NCBI RefSeq assembly: GCF_009914755.1
Contig: NC_060935.1
DNA: 64,000 nucleotides
Strand: one strand, 5' to 3'
DNA from: the human T2T-CHM13v2.0 reference genome, Homo sapiens
The position numbers were made by a program, and so were the translations under genes. The notes beneath the pieces were generated by a model. The model was not told the DNA's origin and did not search any database. It saw only the letters and a list, made by a program, of their open reading frames with translations. This document shows positions 14,015 through 29,409 of this stretch, piece by piece (position 1 is the first letter of the stretch; each line of letters starts with the position of its first letter).

Positions 14015-14265
14015 TATAGTAATAGTAGTAGCTAGAATTTAATGAGCACTTATGTGCCCTGAGCCATCACATATATCAGCTACTTATTTCTCCCACAGCC
14101 TTATGGGGTAGGACTTACGTGCTTCCATTTCACAGTCAAGGAAACTGAAGCTTACAGAGGTTTGGTAACTTGCCCATGATCCCGTATTTGATAAGTATTA
14201 GAGTTAATGTTTGAATCCAAGCACTCTGGTTTCAGAATCTGCATTCTTCACCATGAGGTTACATA
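14015..14265 (-). mobile_element. MIR, near full length
   Basis: 'tttaatgagcacttatgtgcc...ccatttcacagtcaaggaaactgaag...taacttgccca...tttgaatccaagc'. Confidence 0.85.
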
Positions 14266-14796
14266 ACTTTCCCTGCAGCAGCCCTTGTTTCTGGAAACGT
14301 ATTTCTTTAAAGCTGCAAACTGAGAATTGTTCATGCTCTCAGAGAAGTGGTTAGGCTGGTCATGAGAGTGATTTTGCAGTTTGTTTGTTTGTTTGCTTGA
14401 TTATGGGTGGAGTTATTGTGTCCAGAATTTCTACCCAACTCTTCTGATTTTAAAAACAAAAAATGAAGATTGGAGTCCAGAGGTTTGCGGAAGTCTTTGT
14501 ACCTTCCTTGGTTTTCACTTCTGCGTTGTGGTGCATTTTGAAGTTTCCAGTGAAGTTCTGCTGAGCTGTGCTGCACAGTGCTAATGCTCAAGCCCTTTCT
14601 AATCCACTTGCTCTCCATTTTCAAAACTCTAAAACATAGAACCAGGATCAGCTCAAGACACTGCAGCCACTTCATCTTGTGCCTGCAAAGCTCCAGATAC
14701 CACTTCACAGCCCTTAGATCAGTAATGCTTGAGATATGCAGCTTGCAGACAGCCTCCACTCCCACATCCTTGAGCTGCCCTGTAAAGACAGTCTGC

Positions 14797-15300
14797 ACCC
14801 ATTCCACAAGCATTTGCTAAGCACCTGCTATGTGCCACACATAGCGTTGTGCCTGGAGACACAAAGGCAAATAAAATATTGGCCCTCAGACAGCTCAGTC
14901 AGGGTGGAGGCTCTTAACATGAGATCCCTGAATGGTTTTCAGTGGATATGTAAACACCCTGAATCTGAACACAGTGTGTTCATATCTGCCAAGATGCTCA
15001 CATTTTTCACAAGGCAGAAATTTTATACTTTTCATCAAATCCTATAAGGAAGAGTTTATCATCCAGAAAAGATTAAGAATCACTGACAATGTAGTCAAGA
15101 CAGAAATCTAAAGAAATAATCACAACATAATATCAGAAATGTTATGATGAGAGGCATGAATGCATTGCCCTAAAAATACAGAGGTGGGAGCAAGCAACAC
15201 TTTTGCATCTGGGGATTGAGGTGGCTCAGGGCTTCCTTAGCAGATGATGTCATCTGGGGATGAGTAAGTAGGAATTTGATGGAAGGGAAGCCGAGGAGGA
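14797..15300 (-). mobile_element. L2 3' portion, interrupted by a DNA transposon
   Basis: 'aagcatttgctaagcacctgctatgtgcca' tail; L2-like sequence resumes after 15086. Confidence 0.65.
14905..15085. mobile_element. hAT-Charlie MITE (MER103C-like)
   Basis: Terminal 'gctcttaac' ... 'gattaagaatcactg' inverted termini; internal 'ttttcatcaaatcct'. Confidence 0.65.
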
Positions 15301-16199
15301 AGGCAGTCTACGGTATGAACTCAGAGACCCAGAGGATCTAAGCTGTCTTGTACCAAGAGAATGCATATCTAGATTTTGATGTTGAGTATACAGGCTGTGA
15401 GGATTTGGGTGCTGGTAATATGAGATCCATATAATCACGCCTAGGATTTTCTGGGTGCGTGGGGAGGGTGGCTACCAAGGACAGTGGTAGTTGAAAGTGG
15501 GTAGAGGAGAGAAGCCCAGATATACCTCTAATACTAAGCAGCAGAAATTTGACCTTAGGAGACAGGCTGTCTGCGCCTCAGAGGTCAACTTCACATTTCA
15601 GCTTCCTCTTCCTGAAAACTGGGCTTGATATTTGATAAATAAATCATGCAATCTTCCCTTCACACCCTGCCCCAAATGAAAACATTCACTGTTACCACCA
15701 CTTCACAACCGGCCACGGTGGCCCCTGACAATCAATTACCCACCGGAGATGAAATTATTGTTTAATGGCTCCTGGAATGGGCTCCCACTCTGACATTCAT
15801 CACAATCAATAATGCATCAGCAGGGACAAAAGAAATTACCTGCCTCCTGCCAAGTGAAAGAGTCCATTTATATGCAGCACACAGCCCCTTCACACCTACT
15901 GAGCAGGCCACCACAGGTGGGTGTCCACATTACGGAGCTCCTCACTCCATAGAGATCAGTAAATGGGCTCTTGGGTGAGAGGACAAACACGACTACCCAC
16001 TCATGCTCGGCTGAGTACAGGCAGGTCTTGTGGGTGTGCCAGAGATGGGCATGGTGAACAAGCAGTGATGGTTTATCAATTTACAATGAGCCAGTTGCCA
16101 CTCTGCCTTCCCCTATTTTTTCACTGTATATTGCATTTTCTCTGAAGATGGACAGGAAACAATTTCCTTATAGATATTTAGTGCACCACTGGGTTTCGC

Positions 16200-16340
16200 T
16201 TTTGGTGAATCCTGGCTCTGTAACTTCCTGGCAGAATGACTATAGGAAAATTTTTCACCTCTTTGATTTGAGTTTCTCATCCACAAAATGGGGCCAAATA
16301 GTACTGACCTTAAAAGACTGTTCTGAGAATTAAATGATAC
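16200..16340 (+). mobile_element. MIR interrupted by MER52
   Basis: 'gaatcctggctctgtaactt...gtttctcatccacaaaatgggg...gagaattaaatga'; MIR resumes after 17855. Confidence 0.75.
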
Positions 16341-17851
16341 TGTCACAGGATCCTTGGGGTGTTGCTTTTCAGGCTGGCAACCTCTGTGGCCAGTAGTGAG
16401 TGTCTTTGCCTGAGTTTTGCTCAGACCTGCTGGGCCCACTTGGCCTGGCAGGCTGTGCTCAGCTTGCACTACTGGCCTGGATCCCATGACTGCCAAAGGC
16501 GAGCAGAGCAGCAAGGGTTGTGGGAGTGAGTGTGGAGTCCAGCCATTACGCACAGCCAGGCATACTGGCTGTGGCAGGGCAGGCAGCTCCAGGCGCTGGC
16601 CCCTGTGAGGCTCCCTGTGAGGCTGTGGCTGGACCAGGTGTACCATAAGCAGCTTCCATGGCAGGCACTGGGGAATATGGCAGTGCCCAGAAGCTTGGAG
16701 ATGCCGGGAAGTGCAGAGCCCCAAGGAGGGTGTCAGAGCCCTGACTCCAGAAGCTCCTAGGTCTGGGCTTCCTGAGAGGCTGCAGCTCTTCTAACCTTCT
16801 CTCTTCTCTCTTTCTTGCCACCTGCAACATGGTGAGCAAGGGGCATATTTCAGCCATGTTTGTATTACAGCTCTTTCAGCCCCACCACTTGGCGGGCTTG
16901 TCTAAGTTTTTGTCCCATGTCCAGGAAGAATGAGGTATGTGGACAAGTGGAGGGTGAGCAAGGTGAAGAGGAGCTTTATTGAGTGACAGAAGAGCTCAGA
17001 GGAGACCTGCAGTGGGTAGCTCCTCTCTGCAGGCAGGGTGTCCTGATGAGTGTTCAGCTCTCAGCAGAGAGAAGACCCTGGGGTGAGCAGCTCTTCTCTG
17101 CAGCTGGCTGTCCTGTAGTCTCCTAGAGTCTAGCTGAGTCCAGGGCTTTTAAGGGCCTCAGTGAGGAGGAAGTGGGTACCAATTGGCCCATGAGCAGCCA
17201 GGAGCAGGCCTGGAAAAAGCACCACAAGTTCCCACTCTGGTCCTTTGGACCAGCAGCCCAGTCCCCAGGCTTCAAGCCCTTCCTGGCTTGAAGGTGGGAC
17301 TTCACTGGGGATCTGCCCACTTCTGCCCAGGAGCTCATCTTCCTCCTGACTTGTTCATGGCACCCAGGCTGCTCATGCTAAGAGGCATCTATAGGCCAGC
17401 GCTCAGCTGCCCTTAGCACCCCCTTGGCCTTCCTCCTGAGCTCATTGGCATCCAGCATCCAAAGGGGGCCAAGATGGCAGGGGGCTGGGGTGTGGGCTGG
17501 GGTGTCAGCACTGCCCCAAGTGTGTGCAAAATTGGCTGGGCTGTGATAGTGCCCAGGCTTGGCCCCAATCTTGCTCCAAGATTAGAGTGAGTGCCAGAAA
17601 GAGGCCAGACAGTGGGAGCAGACATCTCTGAGCCTGTGGGGGAAGGTGGGGGCCTTCTGGTCACCAAAGATCACAGGGATGCCTGGGTCCACAGCCATGA
17701 CTTGGGCAGCTGCAGCTGTATCCAGAAGGGCAGGACTCCTGCCTGCTCTTGGCCCCCACTGGCTCCAGGAACGTGCAGCCCCGGCCGTGCCTCCCCCACT
17801 GCAGCTGGCGTCATGGCAGCAGCTGCTCCAGATGGGCTGCCTCTGCCATCA
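16341..17851 (-). mobile_element. MER52-family ERV1 solo LTR (~1.5 kb, GC-rich)
   Basis: Termini tgtcacaggatccttggggtg ... ctgccatca; perfect 4 bp TSD ATAC (16337-16340, 17852-17855). Confidence 0.9.
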
Positions 17852-18124
17852 ATACATTATACATATGTAATAGGCATTCCCTTCCTTTCCCACCCATATT
17901 TGAAAGAATATTCTATAGATAGTGTGACTTATCCTGATATTGCTGATGGGTAAGGTTAATCTAAATGACAAGTCAAGAGAATAATATGTCCCCAAATCTT
18001 AGGGAGCTTCTATGCTACTTCAATCTTTATACATCAGCAAATAGCATACAGAGACCATTTATACTATTAAAACAGCTCAGAGCCATTTTAACCGAACCAG
18101 ACACAAGGCCTCCTCTCTCTCCCT

Positions 18125-18480
18125 TTTTCATCCATCAATTCACCCACACATCTATCATCCATCCAACCATCCATTCATCCATCTATTCATTCATTCCTCT
18201 ATTGGATTTTTATTGGGTGCTGACTATTAACCAGGTACTATGTTAGGTCCTGAAAATATACAGATAAAATAAAAATATACTATTCTTTGTCTCTGAGAAC
18301 TTACAGTATTGTGGATAAAAAGTTCTGAGTAGATAATCTTAGAGTGAGCAGTGTAGCAAGTACCATGTCTTCTAGGCTAGTTGTGAAGGGCTTCAATGAG
18401 GAAGTGATATGTGAACTCACCCCTCTGGAGAGGAGGGAGTTTGCTAGTGTACAAGATAGGGAGGTCCCTTAGGTAGAGGG
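18125..18480 (-). mobile_element. L2 3' end with degenerate (TCCA/TTCA)n tail
   Basis: catc/ttca repeats followed by 'ccaggtactatgttaggtcctg...gaacttacagt'. Confidence 0.65.
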
Positions 18481-18519
18481 ACGCATCTTACTGATACTTG
18501 ATCATGGATTCTCCAGTGA

Positions 18520-18680
18520 GTTTCTTACTTTTTTTCACAATCCTAATATTTTGTGCTGTATTCATTTTACAGATGGGTAAACTAATTTAAGGGAAGTTAA
18601 GTGGTTTGTCTGAAATCATAGAGAGATTGTAGATAAAGCTGGAATTGAAGTTCCCTTGTCCCGATTCCCAGTCTTGGGTT
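18520..18680 (-). mobile_element. MIR relic
   Basis: 'cattttacagatgggtaaact...gttaagtggtttgtctga'. Confidence 0.7.
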
Positions 18681-18757
18681 TCCTTTTTCTTTTTCTATTT
18701 CTTTTTCTTCTTAGAAGTTATTTGTGGAGTAACAATTTTGTTGCATAAAGTTATTTT

Positions 18758-19395
18758 TCTGCTTTATTGAGGTATAATTGAAAAATATGTATTCAAGAAG
18801 GACATGTGATAATTTGGTATATGTATATATTGCATAATGATTGCCACAATCAAGTTAATAAACATATCCATCACCACACTTAGTTACCCTTTCGTGTGTG
18901 TGTGTGTGTGTGTGTGTGCGTGTGTGGCAAGGACACAAAATCTATTCTCTTAGCAAATTTCTAGTAAACGATACAGAATTATGCTGTACATTAGATCTCC
19001 AAAACTTATTCATCTTATAACTAAAGGTTTGTAGCCTTTGACTGACACCTTCCCATTTCTTCCATGTCCCAGCCCTTGGCAACCACTGTTCTACTGTCTG
19101 TTCTGAGTTTGACATTTTTAGATTCCACATATAAGTGAGATCATACAGTATTTGTCTTTCTGTGTCTGGCTTATTTCACTTAACATAATGCTTTCCAGAT
19201 TCATTCATGTCGTTGTAAATGGCAGAATGTCCTTCTTTTATTATAGCTGAATAGTATTCTATTGTGTATATATGCTGCATTTTCCTTACCCATTCATCTA
19301 TCAGAGGAGACATAGGTGGTTTCTGTATCTTGGCTATTGTGAATAAGGCTGCAGTAAACATGGGAATTCCAGTATCACTGATGATTTCATTTCCA
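18758..19395 (-). mobile_element. L1MA9-like 3' end
   Basis: 'gctttattgaggtataattg...ctcttagcaaattt...tagattccacatataagtgagatc'; ORF 19176-19361 is an ORF2 C-terminal remnant (MFTAALFTIAK). Confidence 0.9.
18894..18926. repeat. (TG)n microsatellite
   Basis: ~16 TG units inside the L1 3' UTR. Confidence 0.95.
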
Positions 19396-20534
19396 GACTG
19401 GTGTTTTTAACCTTTGCTGTTGCTCTGTGGGGCCTTACATAAAGGAGCAGACTCACTCAACCTCCACTGCCCTGCATTGGGGTCCCCACCCTGCTAGGCC
19501 GTAGTGAGGGAGGAGTTAACATAAGGACGAAAAACACTGTAACGTAAGACATGCAAATAAATGATAGCAGTGCCACAGTAAGCTTAGAAGGAGTATAACA
19601 AGCACTAAGGACCACAGAGAAAGGAATTATTCACTTTTGGAGGAGAGGGGAAGGCTCCCCAAGACAAGATGATATTTGAGGGGTTAATAACAGCTATCTT
19701 TGCTGGAATCTGTCTAGCTCAGCTCACTGTTGCCTTGAAGTAACAATAAATTCTAAGATGATACAATTTTAACATCGCCCCTGTTTGTTACCCAGCTGCT
19801 CCACCTTTATGATGGGCTTCCTGATTGGGGAAAGCTGGGGTCTGCCCTTCTACTACAGTCTTCATGCTTTCCTGTCAGAGGTCGCTCTTGAGCCCAAGTC
19901 TGGATGCCTGGCAATACTGAAGCAATAGGCTTGTGTAGATGCAGGACTCTCTGCTCACACAGGAGTGTTTTATTGTGATTAAAACACGTTATTCCTTAAA
20001 ACAACAATTTATATTGGTAATTACACGGCGGAGTCCATCAGCTTTGTGCTCTGAAGGGTGCAACATTATTGTCGAGAAACTTGATTGCTTGCTCTTGTTT
20101 TATAATCTTGGCTTGCACTTTAGGCTCTATCCTAAATATTAACAGAGAAATCAAGAATGAGACAGTGATAAATCCAAAATACGTGGATGTGCTTTACCCA
20201 CGGGTTCCTGCTTCCTTGCAGAGATGGGCAGTGGGATGAGAAACCAAACCAGTGTCGTGTTAGATGCTTGAGAATGAGGAGTGTGAACCATGGGAACCTG
20301 CTGAACAGATATAGAAGCCCAGACAGATTCAGCCACATGCCACATGCCAAGGCAAACTCTTCCTGCCTTCAGTCACATCTGATGCTTCCCCTGACTTCAT
20401 TTTAAATTCATTTTCCCATTGGCTAAACATCCTGAAATTCCACCATTGGACATTCATTCCTTTGGATTGATGAGACCTAATTCTAGCTGATTCACTGTCT
20501 TTCCTTCTCCCTTCGGTCTCCCTTGCTCTTTCTC

Positions 20535-20968
20535 AATACAAATATAGGATCATTTTACTTGTAGTTTTACAAAACTCAAATTAAGTAAGTACATTTTTCT
20601 GTAACTTGTTTTTCACTTAACAATATATCATAGAAATCCCTCTGGGTCAATAGATATAGATCGAACAAGAACACATTTTTTATTAGCTGAAAAATATTTT
20701 ATGGTATGAGTGTTCTACAGGGTACAAAATCATTCCCTTATTGAGGAGCATTCAGTTTATTTCCACTTGTAGTCACTACAAACTATGCTATAATAAACAT
20801 CTTTGTATATATATTTTTTAGTACTCTGCCTTCATATCTGTGGGTGAGTGAGATTCAGTGAACCAACCGTATGTATATTTTGAATTTCTGAGTTTTAATA
20901 GATCTAATCAGGTCACTGTAGCACTGTAGTTTGAGAATGTCTTACCCCTGCATTCTCGCCAGCACTGG
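20535..20968 (-). mobile_element. Old L1ME-like fragment
   Basis: 'gtttttcacttaacaatatatcat...ctataataaacatctttgtatat...ttctcgccagcactgg'. Confidence 0.7.
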
Positions 20969-20987
20969 CTCCGGGGTCAAAGGACAG

Positions 20988-23236
<2,249 letters not shown>

Positions 23237-23692
23237 TGCAAATACTCCTGGAAGGGTGTTTAACTAGCAGTCAAATAGCAATGCCTCAAATTTGTATAAT
23301 GTTTTTGCAGTTGACAAAATGCTTTCTATCACATATATTATCTCATCTAACCCCACAGCAGAACCTCAGGCCCAGAATGCAAAGTGATTTGCCCAAGGCC
23401 AGAAGGCTAATTGATACTAGAGTGACTTCAATGCAAAATTGATCGCTTCAGGGCACTTTCCCATAGACCTAGCCCCATTTTTACCTGTGGGTATAAACTA
23501 TTTTCTCTCAAGATGCAGTGAAAAGAGTGGTGCGTCTATGCCCCTGGCCTGGCCCTGCCACTAAAGACCTGGCTATATTGGGGCAAGTTGCTTCACTTCT
23601 TGAGATTCCAATTACTCTGTAAAATAATGGATTAAGTTATATTCTCTCCCAGGTCCCTTCCAGCTCTAAGAGTAAAGACGGAGCAACGCTGA

Positions 23693-24077
<385 letters not shown>

Positions 24078-24493
24078 AGAAAAGGAATTCTAACTGGGGT
24101 AGGGAGCACACTGGGCAATGGGAGAAAGGAATTCTTTACAATCATGGAACACAGCGCAGACCACAAGGGTTTTTTTTTTTTTTTTTTTGTACACTGAGGT
24201 TGAAACAACAAAGGTCGAAATCTGCCTAACATAAAGCCTGGCATGTGACTTCTGCCAGTGTTTGGCACTAGGAGGATTGATTCTGAGTAGTTGCAGGTCA
24301 GGGCAGGCAGGAACTGGGGAAAATACCCAAATGATCTTGGAGCATGAGGTCATCAATTTCTTATAAATTCTGGCATTTAAAAGCTTACCATGTGCCAGGC
24401 AGAAGGTTAGTGGCTTGATACACATTTTGCCATCTACCCTGATGGATGGTCCTGTTCTCTATGAGGGTCTTTCTGGCAGATTACAGCTTCTCT

Positions 24494-24800
24494 GTTTTGT
24501 TGTTTTTGTTGTTTTGAGATAGGGTCTCGCTCTGTCACTGAGGCTGGAGTGCAGTGGTGCAATCACTAACTCACTGCAGCCTTGACCTCCTAGGCTCAAG
24601 CTATCCTTCCACCTCAGCCTCCTGAGCAGCTGGGACCGCAGGCATGTGCCACCATGCCTGGCTATTTTTTCTTTTTAAAATGTAGAGAAGGGGTTTTGTC
24701 ATGTTTCCCAAGCTGATCTTGAACTCCTAGCCTCAAACGATCCTTCCACCTTGCCCTCTCAAAGTGCTGGGACTGCAGGCCTGAGCCCCCGCACCTGGCC
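24494..24800 (-). mobile_element. AluJ (Jo-like)
   Basis: J diagnostics 'cactgcagccttgacctcctaggctcaag'; TSD tctggcagatt (24472-24482, 24801-24811). Confidence 0.92.
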
Positions 24801-24939
24801 TCTGGCAGATTCTTTAATAAGTCAAATACGTCTATTCAATTTACCACTGAGACGACGTTTAGAAACCTCATGCTGAAGTCAGGTCAATGAAAACTCCTGG
24901 ATATTTTTCATACAACTTGTTGTCAATTCAGTCTCACCT

Positions 24940-25140
24940 GTTCTGTTAATTAAGAGTTTTTTTTCTGATTACAAAGTAGCACATGCTGATTTACAGATTT
25001 TAAAGGTATAAGTATTAAAATGAGTATAAATAGATGTCTAGTCATTAAAACTTAAAAATATACAATTGAGGTCCTTCTGTGTGTATATAATTTGGGGTCC
25101 TGCTTTTTTCCACTTAGTATTATAACATCAGCATTATTCT
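24940..25140 (-). mobile_element. Old L1M 3' fragment
   Basis: 'ttctgattacaaagtagcacatgct...tcctgcttttttccacttagtattata'. Confidence 0.5.
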
Positions 25141-25744
25141 GCTCCCCTCAACATAGGTGAAGCTTATAGTCCACACATTCCCATGAGATGCAGGTGGAGA
25201 AGCTGCGAAGACAAAATATTTTCACAGATGTGCATTATCTTTCAAAACAAGGAATTTATCCACTGTTGAAATGAGGTCCCTTGGATCTTAGTATCTTTGC
25301 AATCAAGAGAGCAATTCTTCCCCTGAGGGCAGGTGGGGAACATATTATGAAAAGGTCAATGGCAGTTTCCTCTCTGGGGACTGAGGCTGCCTTTGGGAGA
25401 AGAGGCCTAGGAGTTCCCTCTCCATGACCACGTTTTCCTGACTGTCTTCGAAGAGACAAAATGATGGAATAAAGACTGTTGGGTGTAGGCACCGTCATGT
25501 GGTTTATTTCTCTATGAAAGATTTCAGGATGTGGGGTGACTAGGCTGAACATGCATACCTTAAAGTTTCTGCATGTTTGTACAATTTAATTTGGAAACTA
25601 AATGTATGTGAAAATACTTTGAAACTGTAAAGCGACATCCAAATAACATTAAGATTATTATTGCCATTAAATGTAATTTGGTTGCTTGGGAACGTCTTTT
25701 TCAGACTGTATTTTAAAGACTTAAATAGTTATGAACATTGATTA

Positions 25745-25885
25745 GGCCACATCAGTTTCTCTATCTGTAAAATGAGCATAATGATAATAATAATGCCTAC
25801 TTTATTTTTTTGAGGATCAGAGAAATAATGTGGGAAAAAGTGCTTTGTAAACTGCAGAGTAAGGCCAGATGCTAATAGTTATTGC
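25745..25885 (+). mobile_element. MIR relic
   Basis: 'tcagtttctctatctgtaaaatgagcataatgataataataatgcctac'. Confidence 0.75.
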
Positions 25886-26003
25886 TAAATTAGCCACCCT
25901 TCCTACCTTTTTGTTATCAGAGGCTTTTAAAGCAAGCCTTCTATATCTTCAATTTATAGTGAGGAGAGAAAGAATGAGCCCTGGCCGTTGGTCAAAAGTG
26001 ATT

Positions 26004-26295
26004 CTTTTTTTATTTTTTTGAGGCAGAGTCTCGCTCTGTCATCCAGGCTGGAGTTCAGTGGCATGATCTCAGCTCACTGTAACCTCTGCTTCCTGGGTTT
26101 AAGCAATTTTCCTGCCTCAGTTTTCTGAATATCTGGGACCACAGGTGCACGCCACCATGCCAGCTAACTTTTTGTATTTTTAGTAGAGTCCGCGTTTCGC
26201 TATGTTGGCCAGGCTGGTCTCGAACCCCTGGGTGATCCACCCTCCTTGGCCTCCCAAAGTCCTGGGATTACAGGTGTAAGCCACTGCACCCAGTT
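26004..26295 (-). mobile_element. AluS
   Basis: Antisense dimer with a small left-arm deletion; perfect TSD aaaagtgatt (25994-26003, 26296-26305). Confidence 0.95.
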
Positions 26296-26392
26296 AAAAG
26301 TGATTTTTTATACTGGTGCTTGGAGGATAAAGTGGAGAGATTGACTCTTGTCCTGACATCTCATGGCTATGTCCCTTAAGATAATTGCCGAG

Positions 26393-26732
<340 letters not shown>

Positions 26733-28087
26733 TTAGATACATTATACGTATTTATGCGTGTATATGTGGTAAGGATTAAGTGGCATATTATGTGCTTGGA
26801 AGATCATCATGATTGGTTAATGATTATTATGAGTTGAAGATTATCTTTCATTTTCTGATAAAAGGACAATTATCAAATATTTTTCCTGTTCAAGGGGAGC
26901 AGGTTCAGACTGGCCAATTGGGGGACCTGAGGCTGCTACAGAATGTTTCTCTAAAAACTCCCTGTGGCTCCAGTGATACTGTTTCTGCTTCCAAACACAT
27001 ATGTTTACCACTGCCTTCATTAACAAGAATGCAACTAAGCAAACGGTGATCCTGGGAATTACATTATGGGACCTTGACTTTTTTTTAAACTAAAAATAGC
27101 AGGCGATGTCCTTGAAACCAAATAATTTGGGGGGAAACTAAGGCAAGGAACAGGTCTTTGGCTCTGGTTTTGCTTTGTATTCCTTTTGTTGGGGGAGAGG
27201 CAGGAGTCTCGCCTCTTGACTCACATGGAGCTGGCCCTGAGCTTGGAATTCTCCTCACAGTTCTCTCTTGATTTGTTATCCTACTCAGTCTAATTCAGAC
27301 TCAGGGGGCTGCCTGATGGCTGCAGGAGGGCTCTCCAGGCTGAGAATTCTGTTAAGTTAGGAGGAGGGAAGTTGCATCTGAGGTCAGGTTTCTCACATAC
27401 AGGATGCAGAGCCCAGGGGAATTGAAGCAATGTTTCTGAGCTACATGGGAAGATGAAGCTGGGGATGTAGGGGTGGAGCTGAGCAAGTGCTGAGGTCAAA
27501 CCAGGGAAAGGAGGAGAGAGAAAGAGAGGCAAATAGAAATCACAAGGTGCCTGTGCTTAGCTGTAATCTAACATGACTTTCCCCTCCGTAGGCAAAGGGG
27601 GGCACATGATGTTAACATTCATTATCATGTCATATTCGATTGACTGCCAGAATTTATTATACTTTCTGTTGTTACACACCGAATACTGACAAAACCCATT
27701 CCCTTGCCCAAGAAAGGTCTCTGCTTTCTAATCTTCACAGAATAACAGGGAGGTGGAAGGCCATCAATACCAGAGTAATGAGTGTCACAGTGAGGCCAGG
27801 GCTGAGGCACCTTAATTCCAGAAACAGCAGGGGAAGGATGGAAGAGGAGGCGATGGAGGTATGTGTGCCTACCTCAAGATAATGAAGCCCTGAGGAGGGG
27901 CTGAGCCTCTAACCAGGTGCAGAGGGTGCAGCTAGAGGGGCTCATTCACCGTGGGGCTGTCAGGACATGGATCAACAATGTGGCTTCAGACAATCTTTGG
28001 CTAAGTACCGAGGACAGCAGCAGCAGAAGTCGAAGCCATTTCCAACATTGAAAGAATCCAGCCTGCAGGTGAAAATGCATGTAGCCT

Positions 28088-28600
28088 ACATTCATTAATT
28101 AACTCCAAATTATTTACTGAGCACCCACTATGGACCAGGCACTGTGCTAAGTTCCTAGGGATAGAGGAAAACAGACATAATTCTTCAGAATGTAGCAGTC
28201 TAGTGAGAGAAACCATCTAACAGCTCTTGGACAATGTGCTAAATTCTTTAATGGAGTTTCATTTAGTCACTTGAATATTTATTAAAACTGATTATTTAAG
28301 ACGTTGAGCTAGATGCTAGAAATGTGAAGATAAATAAAACAGGATCATTGTCCTCCAGGCCTTCCGAGAGAGTGCTGGGGGAGCACAGAGACAGGATCCA
28401 TTCTGAAGGGGGAGAGAGGGGCTGGGTGCAGGAGCTGACTCTTAGAGGGTCACTAGTTGTCAGGCAGAAGTGGGGAAAAGGGGCTGAAGAAGAGAGATCA
28501 GCAGGTGAAAAGGCTCAGAGTAAGAAAGAGAAAGTCCAGTTGAGAAACTGCCGCATGTTCTGGGGGTCTAGAGCGTAGGAGTCCTGTGAGGGGAGGGGCC
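28088..28600 (-). mobile_element. Two L2 3' relics in tandem
   Basis: 'tatttactgagcacccactatggaccaggcactgtgctaag' at ~28111 and a second tail 'gaatatttattaaa...gctagatgctaga' at ~28273. Confidence 0.65.
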
Positions 28601-29006
28601 TGGAGAAGTCGCCTGTCCCCACTCCACAAGGTGACATCAGCAGGATGTGTATGGCCTCAGGAAAGTCATTGATCAAGGCAGCATTTTCCTTGTATCCTAT
28701 CCATTTCCCCCTTTAGGGCCCCCTTTCCCATTTCTTTATTTTTTATTGATACATAATATTTGTACATATTTATGGGGTACATGTGGTATTTTATTACATG
28801 CATAGAATGTGTAATCATCAAGCCAGAGTATTTGGGGTGTCCATCACTTCAAGTATTTATTTTTTATATGTATTGGGAACATTCAAGTCCTCTCTTCTGG
28901 CTATTTTGAGATACACGACACATTGTTATCAACCACACTCACCCTACTCTGCTGTGAAACATTAGAAAGTATAATTTCTATCTAACTGTATATTTGTACC
29001 CATTAA

Positions 29007-29317
<311 letters not shown>

Positions 29318-29409
29318 CCAACATCTCTTTATAACACCTCTGCACACACACCCTTCCTAGCCTCTGGCACCTATCATCCTATTCTCTGCTCCAGAAGATC
29401 AACCTTTTT

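Noticed and set aside
16113-16857. 203 aa and 103 aa ORFs
   Set aside because: They lie in the GC-rich MER52 LTR and MIR, where stop codons are scarce.
24483-24494. 12 nt between the AluJ tail and its TSD as a 3' transduction
   Set aside because: Too short and too old to distinguish from tail decay or a later indel.
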